Below are positions 30,180 to 39,748 of a DNA stretch of 64,000 bases, one piece after another. The position numbers and the translations under genes are program-made. The stretch's first letter is position 1. Each line of letters starts with the position of its first letter. The stretch is from an uncultured Gammaproteobacteria bacterium. Its GTDB lineage: Bacteria; Pseudomonadota; Gammaproteobacteria; GCA-001735895. Below the pieces are notes generated by a model. That model saw only the letters and a program-made list of their open reading frames with translations, ran no database searches and had not been told where the DNA came from. Where the stretch lies: positions 15,803-79,802 of the forward strand of contig CAVYHN010000016.1 of NCBI GenBank assembly GCA_963768295.1, given 5' to 3'.

Positions 30180-32447
30180 ATGTCAAAAAAGCCCAAGACT
30201 ACCCCCCAAGACCCCTTTCACAAACGCGAAAGCGCCAGGTACGAAAGCCCGATAGCCAGCCGCGAGCATTTGCTCGAGTTGATCAAGTCGCAGAAGGTGC
30301 CGCTACCCCAGGAGCATATTGCCGAGGCGCTCGGTTACAGCGACGAAACCCAGCTGGAAGCCCTGCGCCGCCGATTGCAGGCGATGGTGCGCGATGGCCA
30401 GCTGTTTCGCAACCGCCGTGGCGGATACCTCAGTTTCGATCATATGGACCTGGAAAAGGGCTACGTGATGTCACACCCGGACGGCTTCGGTTTCGTCAGG
30501 CCTGATTCGGGCGGCAAGGACATTTTTCTGCCGGCGCGACAAATGCGCACCCTGATGAACGGCGACCGGGTGGCGCTGAAGATTACCAGTTTCGACGAGC
30601 AGCGCGGACGCTCCGAGGGCGCCTTGATCTCGGTGCTGGCGCGCGCCCATGAAACCCTGGTCGGAAGATATCACCACGAAAGTGGTATCGATTTTGTCGT
30701 GCCGGACGACAAACGCCTGGTGCAGGATGTCTTGCTGAATAGGGAAGTCGGACACAAGGCCGGCCCGGGCGATATCGTGCTGGTGCGTATCACCGAGTAT
30801 CCGTCGAATCACAGCCAGCCCATCGGTCTGATCGAGCGGGTACTGGGGCAGGAAAACGCGCCCGGCATGGAGGTGACGATTGCGGTTAACACCCATCATA
30901 TCCCGCATCAATGGAATGACCAGGTGCTGCAATCGATCAGGGCCCTTTCCGACCAGGTGGCTGAAAAAGATAAACAGAGCCGGCGCGACCTGCGTGAACT
31001 CAAGTTTGTCACCATCGATGGCTCCGATGCGCGTGATTTCGACGACGCGGTCTATTGCGAAGCCCTGGACGATGGGCATCGCCTCTATGTCGCCATAGCC
31101 GATGTGGCGCATTACGTCGCTATCGATTCCGCGCTCGATCGCGAGGCCATCGAGCGCGGCACTTCGGTTTACTTTCCGGGTGAAGTGATTCCGATGTTGC
31201 CCGAAATCCTGTCTAACGGATTGTGCTCGCTGAACCCCGATGTCGATCGCCTGTGCCTGGTATGCACGATGGATATCGATGAGCAGGGCAGCATCAAGCA
31301 GTTTGATTTTTTCGAAGCGGTTATTCACTCGCATGCACGCCTGATCTATGACGACGTGGCGGCGGTCGTTTTCGATGGCGACAAGCCTGGTGACACGATT
31401 GCGGGCGTGTTCAACGAGTTACACGAGCTTAGACAGGTTTACAGCGCGCTGGCGAAGGCGCGGCGCCGGCGTCACGCGATCGAATTTGAAACCCGCGAAG
31501 TCATATTCCAGTACAACCAGGAACGAAAAATCGACGCCATCGTGCCCTATCAGCGCAACCAGGCGCACATGCTGATCGAAGAATGCATGATCGCGGCCAA
31601 CATATGTGCCGCGCGCCTGCTGAAAAAGGAAAAACTGCCAACGCTTTACAGGATTCACGAAGGCCCCAATCTCGACAAGCTGCCCAACTTGCAGGAATTT
31701 CTGACCAGTTTCGGTATCACGCTGAACAGCGAGAATCCTACCCCTGCCGATTTTGCGGAAATTGTCGAACAGGCGCGCCAGCGTCCGGAGTCCGACATGA
31801 TTCAGACCGTGGTGCTACGCACGTTGTTGCAGGCGAGCTACAGTCCCGACATCAAGGTTGGCCATTTCGGCCTGGCGCTGAAGGACTATGCCCATTTCAC
31901 CTCGCCAATTCGGCGTTATCCCGACCTGCTGGTGCACCGAGCCATCAAGCACTGGATAAAGCACAAGGATAACGCTGGATTTGCCTACGACCTGGCGCAG
32001 ATGACCGCGCTCGGAGAATCCTGCTCGCGCTATGAACGCCGTGCCGACGACGCAACCCGCGATGCCGCCGACTGGCTTAAATGCGAATTCCTGCAAAAAC
32101 ATATCGGCAACCAGTACAGCGGAATTGTCACCTCGGTTACCAATTTCGGCCTGTTCGTGCAACTCGATGATTTGCTGATCGACGGGCTGGTGCATGTGAC
32201 CGCCCTGAAGCGTGACTATTATCATTTCGATCCCGCGCATCACCGCCTGGTCGGCGAACTTACCGGTCGCCACTATCGGCTTGGCGACCGGTTGATGGTC
32301 GAAGTCGTCAGGGTTAATATGGAGGATCGTAAGATTGATTTCGACCTGGTCACCGTCATCGGCGAAAGCCCCGATATCGAACCCCGGCGCAAGGGCAGGA
32401 AAGGTAAATCCAGGAACAAGGGAAAACCCCGTCGCAAATCCCGATGA
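30180..32447 (+). CDS. rnr: ribonuclease R
   Basis: RNB catalytic domain (DGSDARDFDDAVY), cold-shock/S1 domains, Lys/Arg-rich C-terminal tail; 755 aa. Confidence 0.95.
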   Translation: MSKKPKTTPQDPFHKRESARYESPIASREHLLELIKSQKVPLPQEHIAEALGYSDETQLEALRRRLQAMVRDGQLFRNRRGGYLSFDHMDLEKGYVMSHPDGFGFVRPDSGGKDIFLPARQMRTLMNGDRVALKITSFDEQRGRSEGALISVLARAHETLVGRYHHESGIDFVVPDDKRLVQDVLLNREVGHKAGPGDIVLVRITEYPSNHSQPIGLIERVLGQENAPGMEVTIAVNTHHIPHQWNDQVLQSIRALSDQVAEKDKQSRRDLRELKFVTIDGSDARDFDDAVYCEALDDGHRLYVAIADVAHYVAIDSALDREAIERGTSVYFPGEVIPMLPEILSNGLCSLNPDVDRLCLVCTMDIDEQGSIKQFDFFEAVIHSHARLIYDDVAAVVFDGDKPGDTIAGVFNELHELRQVYSALAKARRRRHAIEFETREVIFQYNQERKIDAIVPYQRNQAHMLIEECMIAANICAARLLKKEKLPTLYRIHEGPNLDKLPNLQEFLTSFGITLNSENPTPADFAEIVEQARQRPESDMIQTVVLRTLLQASYSPDIKVGHFGLALKDYAHFTSPIRRYPDLLVHRAIKHWIKHKDNAGFAYDLAQMTALGESCSRYERRADDATRDAADWLKCEFLQKHIGNQYSGIVTSVTNFGLFVQLDDLLIDGLVHVTALKRDYYHFDPAHHRLVGELTGRHYRLGDRLMVEVVRVNMEDRKIDFDLVTVIGESPDIEPRRKGRKGKSRNKGKPRRKSR

Positions 32448-33181
32448 GCACAAGTTTTATCTACGGCATCCATGCGATATCGCGCCGGCTGGAGCAGGCG
32501 CCGCAGCATTGCCGCAGGCTTTACTGTGCGGATAAACGCAGCCCGCGCTTACTGCGGTTGATAGAACAGGCGGGCAAAGCGAAGGTCGAGGTAAGCCTCG
32601 AGACCCGGGCGCAGCTATCCGCACGTTGCGCGACCGACAAACACCAGGGCTGTGTGCTGGAGACGGTTGTCACCGAGCCGCTGGCGAGTTTCGAGCAGTG
32701 CCTGGCGGCGATCGACGATCAAACCCTGCTGCTGGTGCTGGACGGGATTCAGGATCCGCATAATCTGGGTGCCTGCCTGCGCACCGCCGACGCCTGCGGC
32801 GTCGACGCAGTTATCATCCCCAGGGACCGCGCGGTCAAGCTGAATGCGACGGTGCGCAAGGTGGCTGCCGGCGGCGCAGAAACCGTGCCGCTGATCGAAG
32901 TGACCAACCTGGCGCGCTGCCTGAAAGATTTGAAACAGGCCGGGGTGTGGATCTACGGCAGCAGCGATAGCGCCAGCGCCAGCCTGTATCAGCATGATTA
33001 TGCCGGCCCCATCGCGCTGGTCATGGGCGCCGAGGGAGCGGGGCTGCGCCGCCTGACGCTGGAGTCCTGCGATCACCTGGTTAAACTGCCGATGCTGGGG
33101 CAGGTCGAAAGCCTCAATGTCTCGGTTGCCACCGGCGTCTGCCTCTACGAAATTCTGCGCTCGCGCTCGGCAAAGCACTGA
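32444..33181 (+). CDS. rlmB: 23S rRNA (guanosine2251-2'-O)-methyltransferase RlmB
   Basis: SpoU/TrmH family motifs (LVLDGIQDPHNLGACLRTADACG; LVMGAEGAGLR); overlaps the rnr stop by 4 nt. Confidence 0.9.
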   Translation: MSTSFIYGIHAISRRLEQAPQHCRRLYCADKRSPRLLRLIEQAGKAKVEVSLETRAQLSARCATDKHQGCVLETVVTEPLASFEQCLAAIDDQTLLLVLDGIQDPHNLGACLRTADACGVDAVIIPRDRAVKLNATVRKVAAGGAETVPLIEVTNLARCLKDLKQAGVWIYGSSDSASASLYQHDYAGPIALVMGAEGAGLRRLTLESCDHLVKLPMLGQVESLNVSVATGVCLYEILRSRSAKH

Positions 33182-33206
33182 GCGTATCCCTGTGCAGATG
33201 TTGTCA

Positions 33207-33365
33207 TCCCGCGACCCGCTGTCATCCCGCGACCCGCTGTCATCCCGCGACTTGATCGCGGGATCCAGTGCATCAGTATTATCCAAATGATTCTGGATAC
33301 CGCGGCCAAGCCACGGTATGACAGTCTGAATTGCTTGCGGGGCTGTGAATTTTTACTCTGAGTAA
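33207..33365. repeat. REP/MITE-like palindromic element cluster (copy A)
   Basis: TGTCATCCCGCGACCCGC half-sites ×2, then the perfect palindrome ATCCCGCGACTTGATCGCGGGAT, then CTGGATACCGCGGCCAAGCCACGGTATGACAG, plus a CTGTGAATTTTTACTCT motif shared with copy C. Confidence 0.7.
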
Positions 33366-33498
33366 GATCTTGCTGTTGCGGCTTCAGGCTTGCTCGGGTA
33401 CAATCCGCGCTCCTTGATTTGGAGTGCCTCGAGGGCGCTTTGAATCACTCCTTGCTCCACAGGACTGTTCCTGGGGGCATTACCCCATGGGGAGAACA

Positions 33499-34122
33499 AT
33501 GCGACATTACGAAATTGTGTTTCTGGTCCACCCTGACCAGAGTGAACAGGTGCCTGCGATGGTGGAACGCTATCGCACGATGATTACCAGTTCCGGTGGC
33601 ACAGTCCATCGCGAAGAGGACTGGGGGCGCCGCCAGCTCGAATTCCCGATCAAGAAAATTCACAAGGCGCACTACGTGCTGATGAACATCGAGTGCAGCC
33701 AGGAAATTCTCGATGAGCTTGAATCCGCATTCCGCTTCAATGACGCGGTGCTGCGTCATCTGACCCTGAGTTGCAAGGCCGCCGAAACCGAAAAATCGGC
33801 GATGATGAAAGAAGTGGAGCGCGAGGAGTCGAGCAAGACTAGCGATCGCAAGCCTGCCGCGAGCAGCGAAGAATCCGGGGTCACCGCAGCGGTGGCGGTG
33901 ACTGCAGAAGCAGCCGAAGCGGCGACTACAGAAGTAGCCGAAGCGGCGACTGCAGAAGCAGCCGAAGCGGCGACTGCAGAAGCAGCCGAAGCGGCGACTG
34001 CAGAAGCAGCCGAAGCGGCGACTGCAGAAGAAACCAAAACGGCGACCACCGAGGACGTCGTTGCCGAAACCGAAGCGGCTGATGAAGTCGAAAAGGTTGC
34101 TACCGAAGCAGGAGTAGAATAG
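33499..34122 (+). CDS. rpsF: 30S ribosomal protein S6 with extended repetitive acidic C-terminal tail
   Basis: [25 protein letters not shown]... is a canonical S6 N-terminus. The C-terminus carries a perfect 24-nt tandem repeat ×5 encoding (TAEAAEAA)n. Confidence 0.9.
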   Translation: MRHYEIVFLVHPDQSEQVPAMVERYRTMITSSGGTVHREEDWGRRQLEFPIKKIHKAHYVLMNIECSQEILDELESAFRFNDAVLRHLTLSCKAAETEKSAMMKEVEREESSKTSDRKPAASSEESGVTAAVAVTAEAAEAATTEVAEAATAEAAEAATAEAAEAATAEAAEAATAEETKTATTEDVVAETEAADEVEKVATEAGVE

Positions 34123-34124
34123 CC

Positions 34125-34358
34125 ATGTCACGTTATTTTCGACGCAAGCGTTTTTGCAAGTTCACCGCGGAAGGCATCGAGCAGATCGACTACAAGGATC
34201 TGGAAACCCTGAAAGAGTACATCACCGAAACCGGTAAAATCGTGCCGAGTCGCGTTACCGGCACCAAGGCCAGGTACCAGCGTCAACTGGCGACCGCGAT
34301 CAAGCGCGCAAGGTTTCTTTCCCTGCTGCCCTATACCGATCAGCACAAACTGAGATAG
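34125..34358 (+). CDS. rpsR: 30S ribosomal protein S18
   Basis: [47 protein letters not shown]... Confidence 0.95.
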   Translation: MSRYFRRKRFCKFTAEGIEQIDYKDLETLKEYITETGKIVPSRVTGTKARYQRQLATAIKRARFLSLLPYTDQHKLR

Positions 34359-34363
34359 CCCTG

Positions 34364-35311
34364 GTGGGTGTCACCATGTTGGCACTGGCAAGATATACCC
34401 TGAAAGGACCATACCAGGCGGCCGCAGTGGTCGGCCTGCTGGCGATTATCGCGGTATTTATAGTGCCTGTCCTGGGTTACACACCCGTCAGCGTAGTGCT
34501 GGCGTTTGTGACAAACTTGCTGGCTGTCGTACTGGTCGGGTTGATAATCCTGACCCAGGGTTCCGTCGCTGGTCTGAAGGTGATCGCGGTCTCGGCGCTG
34601 GTGTTGTCGCTGGCGGCCTGGATGGGACTGAATTCGGCGGAGCCGGGTTTGTCGATGGCACTGTTGCAATGGCTACCCGTGATTGTGCTGGCCCAGATTC
34701 TGCGCACCAGCAACTCGTTGGCGTTGACGCTGCTGGCCGGCGTCGCGATTGGCGTTCTGGTAATTGCACTTCAGTACCTGTTCTGGACGGATCTGGAGTC
34801 CAGCTGGTTCGCGCAGATAGTCCAGCGCCGCGCGGGCGAAGCGCAGATAGCCAGGGAAGAGGCCGAGCAACTGGCGCAGTTCGTTCGGTTGATGATGCTG
34901 TTACTGGCATCGAGCCTTTACCTGATGTACATCCTGGTAGTCTTTATCGCCAGGTGGCTGCAGGCGAAACTCGCGGAGTCGCAGGGATTCGGTCAGGAAT
35001 TTCGATCCCTGACCCTGGGCAAACCGGCTGCCCTGGTTGCGGTTGTGGTCGTGCCGCTGGGCTTGTTGCTGCAGCAGCCATGGTTGATTAGTTTTGCTTT
35101 TATTGTAGTTATTGCTTTTATGTTCCAGGGCATTGCCGTCGTGCATTCCCGGCTGGCGAGCAGGAAACATGCCCTGGGCCTGTTTGTGCTGTTTTATGTG
35201 TTGCTGGTGTTCACCTGGCAGATTACGGGAATCTTGACCGCGATCACCGGGATTATTGATAACTGGCTGAACTTCAGGAAGAAACCTGAAAACCCGAATA
35301 ACGTTAATTGA
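34364..35311 (+). CDS. DUF2232-type polytopic membrane protein (PA4933-like)
   Basis: ~8 TM helices; occupies the rpsR–rplI slot as in Pseudomonas. Confidence 0.6.
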   Translation: MGVTMLALARYTLKGPYQAAAVVGLLAIIAVFIVPVLGYTPVSVVLAFVTNLLAVVLVGLIILTQGSVAGLKVIAVSALVLSLAAWMGLNSAEPGLSMALLQWLPVIVLAQILRTSNSLALTLLAGVAIGVLVIALQYLFWTDLESSWFAQIVQRRAGEAQIAREEAEQLAQFVRLMMLLLASSLYLMYILVVFIARWLQAKLAESQGFGQEFRSLTLGKPAALVAVVVVPLGLLLQQPWLISFAFIVVIAFMFQGIAVVHSRLASRKHALGLFVLFYVLLVFTWQITGILTAITGIIDNWLNFRKKPENPNNVN

Positions 35312-35330
35312 TTGAGAAAGAGGTGATCCG

Positions 35331-35783
35331 ATGGAAGTTATCCTGATGGAAAATATTGAAAATCTGGGTTCGATAGGCGACAAGGTCAGCGTCAAGGCTG
35401 GGTTTGCGCGCAACTACCTGGTGCCGCACGGTAAAGCCAAGATGGCGACCGCCGAAAATCTGGCTGAATTCGAAGCGCAACGCGCCGAGCTGGAGAAAGC
35501 CGCGGCCGAGGCCAGTGCAACCGCGGAAAAGCGTAAACAGGCGATTGAAGCCATGGGCGCCATCGAAATTACCGCACGCGTTGGTTCCGAAGGTAAATTA
35601 TTCGGTTCGATTGGTGTCGCGGACGTTTGCGATGCCATCGAAGCGCTGGGCGGCGATGTGCAAAAAAGCGAAGTGCGCATGCCTGAAGGCGCGCTGCGGG
35701 TTGTCGGCGAGCATATTGTCGATATCCACCTGTACACCGACATCGATACCCAGGTTACGGTCAACATTACCGGCGAAGAATAA
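35331..35783 (+). CDS. rplI: 50S ribosomal protein L9
   Basis: MEVILMENIENLGSIGDKVSVKAGFARNYLVPHGKA. Confidence 0.95.
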   Translation: MEVILMENIENLGSIGDKVSVKAGFARNYLVPHGKAKMATAENLAEFEAQRAELEKAAAEASATAEKRKQAIEAMGAIEITARVGSEGKLFGSIGVADVCDAIEALGGDVQKSEVRMPEGALRVVGEHIVDIHLYTDIDTQVTVNITGEE

Positions 35784-35804
35784 ATCTCCGAAATGTATTT
35801 TTGT

Positions 35805-35831
35805 AAAAGGCTGCTACTTTAGCAGCCTTTT
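35805..35831 (+). terminator. rho-independent terminator after rplI
   Basis: AAAAGGCTGCTA-CTTT-AGCAGCCTTTT, a perfect hairpin. Confidence 0.75.
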
Positions 35832-35896
35832 ACATTTCGACGCCGCTGAAAAAGGTTTATCATTAGCGCCCATGTCGAAGTTCCTGAACCCAGCAA

Positions 35897-37291
35897 ATGT
35901 CTGAAATTACTTCCCGAGTGGCTGAACTCAGCCAGCGCGTGGACGACCTCAAGGTCCCGCCGCACTCGCTGGAGGCGGAGCAGTCGGTCATCGGCGGGCT
36001 TATGCTGGACAACCGCTCCTGGGACGATATCGCCGACATCGTCAATGAACAGGATTTTTACCGCCACGACCACAGCCTTATTTTTCGGGCCATCCACGCA
36101 CTCGTCGAAGACGATAAGCCCTATGACGTGGTGACCGTCTCCGAATGGCTGGGTTCCAGGGGCGAGCTCGAAAACATCGGCGGCCTGGCCTACCTCAGCA
36201 TCCTCGCCAACGACACCCCGACCGCGGTTAACGTCAAGGCTTACGCCAATATCGTGCGCGAATACTCGGTCTTGCGCAGCCTGATCAAAATCGGCAACGA
36301 AATCTCCGCCAGCGCCTACAATTCCGACGGCCGGCCAAGCAGAGAGTTGCTGGACGACGCGGAACGCAAGGTATTCATGATCGCCGAGCAAAGCGCCGGC
36401 AATCGCGACGGTTTCGAGGCGATCACCGATTTGCTCGGGCGGGCGGTTAAACGCGTCGAGGAAATGTATCGCAATAAGGAAGCGATCACCGGTATCGCTA
36501 CCGGTTTCAACCTGTTCGACGACAAGACCTCGGGCTTGCAGAAATCGGACCTGATCATCGTTGCCGGACGCCCGTCGATGGGTAAGACCAGTTTTGCGAT
36601 GAATATCGCCGAAAACGCGGCGCTGCACAATGAGAGAGCGGTCGCTGTGTTCAGCATGGAAATGCCGGGCGAACAGCTGGCGCTGCGCATGATGTCATCG
36701 CTGGGGCGCATCGATTCGCATAACCTGAGGACCGGACGACTCGACGATCACGACTGGCCGCGACTGATTTCGTCGGTCAATATGCTGTCCAAGGCCAAAC
36801 TGTTTATCGACGACACCCCCGCGTTAACCCCGACCGAATTGCGCGCGCGCACACGCCGACTGAAACGCGAGCACGGGCTCGATCTCGTGGTCATCGACTA
36901 TCTGCAGCTGATGCAGGTCGCCGGCACCACCGAAAACCGGGCAACCGAAATATCGGAAATATCACGTTCATTAAAAGCACTCGCCAAGGAATTGAACGTG
37001 CCGGTGGTTGCACTGTCTCAGCTAAACCGTAGTGTCGAACAGCGCCCCGACAAGCGCCCGGTCATGTCCGATTTACGCGAGTCGGGCAGTATCGAGCAGG
37101 ATGCCGACGTCATTTTGTTTATTTATCGAGACGAAGTTTACAACCAGGATACCGCCGACAAGGGTGTCGCCGAACTCCTGATCCGCAAGCAGCGAAACGG
37201 CCCCATCGGCATGGTCAAACTGGCTTTCCTCGGGCAATACACACGTTTCGAAAACCTGGCTTTCGACGAATACGGGGGCGAGTTTGAATAG
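35897..37291 (+). CDS. dnaB: replicative DNA helicase DnaB
   Basis: N-terminal DnaB domain (PPHSLEAEQSVIGGLML), Walker A GRPSMGKTSFAMN, RecA-like core; no intein. Confidence 0.95.
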   Translation: MSEITSRVAELSQRVDDLKVPPHSLEAEQSVIGGLMLDNRSWDDIADIVNEQDFYRHDHSLIFRAIHALVEDDKPYDVVTVSEWLGSRGELENIGGLAYLSILANDTPTAVNVKAYANIVREYSVLRSLIKIGNEISASAYNSDGRPSRELLDDAERKVFMIAEQSAGNRDGFEAITDLLGRAVKRVEEMYRNKEAITGIATGFNLFDDKTSGLQKSDLIIVAGRPSMGKTSFAMNIAENAALHNERAVAVFSMEMPGEQLALRMMSSLGRIDSHNLRTGRLDDHDWPRLISSVNMLSKAKLFIDDTPALTPTELRARTRRLKREHGLDLVVIDYLQLMQVAGTTENRATEISEISRSLKALAKELNVPVVALSQLNRSVEQRPDKRPVMSDLRESGSIEQDADVILFIYRDEVYNQDTADKGVAELLIRKQRNGPIGMVKLAFLGQYTRFENLAFDEYGGEFE

Positions 37292-38372
37292 CCATGGAAC
37301 GAACCGGCATCCACGTGCAATCGTCGACCTCGCAGCTCTAAAGCACAATTACCGGTATTTAAAAAGCGCAGCAGGCGGCAATCGTTTGATTGCCGTGGTC
37401 AAGGCCGACGCCTATGGCCATGGCGCGGTGGCAGTCGCGCGTGCGCTCGAAGCTGCGGATGCTTTCGCGGTGGCCGCGGTCGGCGAAGCGAGCGCGCTGC
37501 GGGAAGCGGGCATCAAGCAGAAAATTCTGGTGCTGGGCGGTTTTACGACCGCGGTCGAATTGCAGACCTGTATCGGCCTCGGCATCGATCCGGTATTGCA
37601 CCACCAGTTTCATCTCGATCGCCTGCGGGACGGCGGCGATCTGGGCGACCTCGATGTCTGGTTGAAAGTCGATTCGGGAATGGGCCGCCTGGGGTTTTCC
37701 CTCGACAGAGCCCGCGCAGCGATCGATGCGCTGCATGACCTTCATACGCTGGGCAACATTCGCCTGATGACACACCTGGCCAACGCCGACGATGCCGAAA
37801 GCTCCTACACCGAGCTACAGATAGAAAACATCAATTCGCTCGATCTGGATGCCTATGAATGGGGCATCGCCAACTCAGCGGGTGTTCTCGGCTGGCCGCA
37901 GGCACATCGCCTGTGGGCGCGTGCCGGGATTGCGCTCTACGGCGCGGATCCGATGTCCGATCGCGCGACCGCCGAGCGCGAGCTGCGACCGGTGATGACG
38001 ATGAAATCGGTGGTGCTTGCGATCAATCCGCATGCGCAGGGCGACCTGATCGGTTATGCAAATACCTACACCTGCCCCGAAAATATGACTATCGCCGTGA
38101 TTGCAGCCGGTTACGCGGATGGCTATCCGCGCCATAAGGTCGATACCGCGCAGGTTGAAATCCATGGTCAGCTCTGCGCTGTGGTCGGCAGGGTGTCGAT
38201 GGATATGATAACGGTCGACGTAAGCAAGCTGCCGCGAGTCAGTGTCGGCGATGAAGTCACGCTGTTCGGCAGCGCACCGCATGTCAACGATCTGGCGGAT
38301 TGCTCGCAAACCATCGCCTACGAAGTCCTGTGCAACGTCGGCGCCCACGCCAAACGCGAATACCTCGACTAG
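37284..38372 (+). CDS. alr: alanine racemase
   Basis: PLP-binding VVKADAYGHG. TTG start overlaps the dnaB stop. C-terminal domain ...VGRVSMDMITVD. Confidence 0.85.
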   Translation: MNSHGTNRHPRAIVDLAALKHNYRYLKSAAGGNRLIAVVKADAYGHGAVAVARALEAADAFAVAAVGEASALREAGIKQKILVLGGFTTAVELQTCIGLGIDPVLHHQFHLDRLRDGGDLGDLDVWLKVDSGMGRLGFSLDRARAAIDALHDLHTLGNIRLMTHLANADDAESSYTELQIENINSLDLDAYEWGIANSAGVLGWPQAHRLWARAGIALYGADPMSDRATAERELRPVMTMKSVVLAINPHAQGDLIGYANTYTCPENMTIAVIAAGYADGYPRHKVDTAQVEIHGQLCAVVGRVSMDMITVDVSKLPRVSVGDEVTLFGSAPHVNDLADCSQTIAYEVLCNVGAHAKREYLD

Positions 38373-38429
38373 TTACGCGCAGTTCCGGGGCCAGCCAGCC
38401 CGCGGGTGAAATAACCTTAACCTACAGCA

Positions 38430-38650
38430 ATACACTGTCATCCCCCAGCGAGCAATATTGTAATCCCGAGGCGAGTAATATTGTCCACCCACCGCGAGTA
38501 ATACCGTCATCCCCAGGCGAGTAATACCGTCATCCCCAGGCGAGTAATACTGTCATACCGCGGCTCGACCGCGGTATCCAGCCCGGTTTGAATGCCCGCT
38601 GAATTCCTGGATCCCGCGATCAAGTCGCGGGATGACAAGTTGTTGAAAAG
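38430..38650. repeat. REP/MITE-like palindromic element cluster (copy B)
   Basis: Five or so tandem ~22-nt half-site repeats (GCGAGTAATACCGTCATCCCCAG), then TGTCATACCGCGGCTCGACCGCGGTATCCAG, and an inverted partner CTGGATCCCGCGATCAAGTCGCGGGATGACAAG (BIME-like head-to-head pair). Confidence 0.7.
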
Positions 38651-38700
38651 ACTCTGGTAAAATGGCCCAAATATCCGTAGAATCGCGCCTTCCGAATTAT

Positions 38701-38777
38701 GCGCCTGTAGCTCAGCTGGATAGAGTACTCGGCTACGAACCGAGCGGTCGGGAGTTCGAATCTCTCCAGGCGCGCCA
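38701..38777 (+). tRNA. tRNA-Arg (anticodon ACG)
   Basis: GCGCCTGTAGCTCAGCTGGATAGAGTACTCGGCTACGAACCGAGCGGTCGGGAGTTCGAATCTCTCCAGGCGCGCCA; anticodon loop CTACGAA; canonical cloverleaf with CCA. Confidence 0.9.
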
Positions 38778-39159
38778 TCCATAAAAAGAGCCCCCGCAAG
38801 GGGGCTTTTTTTATGGATGGCTTGTGTGGGGTCCAGATGAGAACTCCGAGTTCGACAAAATCGCCCGGAGCGATTTTGGACGCGCGTCAGCGCGGCCCCG
38901 GAGGGCGGCGCAGCCGACCACAGGGGTGCGGCACAAGGATGTGCCGCACAATCTCTCCAGGCGCGCCATCCATAAAAAGAGCCCCCGCAAGGGGGCTTTT
39001 TTTATGGATGGCTTGTGTGGGGTCCAGATGAGAACTCCGAGTTCGACAAAATCGCCCGGAGCGATTTTGGACGCGCGTCAGCGCGGCCCCGGAGGGCGGC
39101 GCAGCCGACCACAGGGGTGCGGCACAAGGATGTGCCGCACAATCTCTCCAGGCGCGCCA
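38778..39159 (+). repeat. two perfect tandem copies of a 191-bp unit, each ending in the 19-nt tRNA-Arg 3' end (att-like)
   Basis: Unit 1 = 38778-38968; unit 2 = 38969-39159, apparently identical (I found no differences by eye). Each unit holds a terminator hairpin (AAAAAGAGCCCCCGCAAGGGGGCTTTTTTT), the palindrome GTGCGGCACAAGGATGTGCCGCAC, and a terminal AATCTCTCCAGGCGCGCCA identical to the tRNA 3' end. ORFs 38824..39183 and 39015..39251 are artefacts of this repeat. Confidence 0.8.
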
Positions 39160-39748
39160 ATTTTAGTCGCTGTAAAACAATAGTTTATAAAAGCTTTTTA
39201 ATGTTATTTCTAAGCTATTATTTCTTAAGTGTCTATCGTCTATTAGCTTAATCCCATAACCTCAAGCAAAAGCAGACGCTCAAAAATCTGCGATGAGAGG
39301 CAATAGACGATCCAATTGAGACACCCGGAAAATCGAAAAGCGGTCATTTTTAATCTAACCGGGCAGATATTGACACGGTTGGTCCTCGACCTGGTATTTG
39401 GCTCAACTTTAATTTGTTGAGCAGGAAGTAGCGCAGGCCTGCAATTCCAAAGCCCCTGGCCGCAGATTCTTGTAAGACTGAATTTTTCGTGTTGTGACTA
39501 TTTACAGAACACCCACGTCTATAGTTGAACCTCCCTGCTTAAAACCAAGGTTTTATGCTGGGCCTGGAAATTCGGAACCCGTTGATCTAACTGGACGATA
39601 GATTACATGCGTGGACATTGAATCATGCAGGTTAGCATTGATTTTCAGGATACGGAGGAAGGTACCGAGAAGTCACAGATGACTAAACCCGGTATAAATA
39701 TTCTGATGCGCTCCTTAACTTGCGCAACTGTATAAGAGAAGGCAATAC

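Noticed and set aside
33445-34131. 228-aa ORF antisense to rpsF, plus the internal ORF 33756..34049
   Set aside because: These are artefacts of the Ala/Glu repeat region of rpsF read on the opposite strand or frame.
34125-34358. Absence of priB between rpsF and rpsR
   Set aside because: This is not an anomaly. The Pseudomonas-type operon (rpsF–rpsR–DUF2232–rplI) lacks priB, consistent with the overall synteny.
35819-36628. 269-aa ORF antisense to dnaB
   Set aside because: It lies inside an unambiguous dnaB CDS and has no recognisable domain.
38460-38570. Tandem ~22-nt direct repeats that superficially resemble a CRISPR array
   Set aside because: The units are contiguous with no unique spacers and are much shorter than CRISPR repeats. 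They are half-sites of the REP-like palindromic element.
38824-39251. ORFs 38824..39183 and 39015..39251 (MWGPDENSEFDKIARSDF…)
   Set aside because: They are generated by the perfect 191-bp tandem duplication downstream of tRNA-Arg: the same peptide appears twice, and it spans the terminator hairpin. They are not credible genes.
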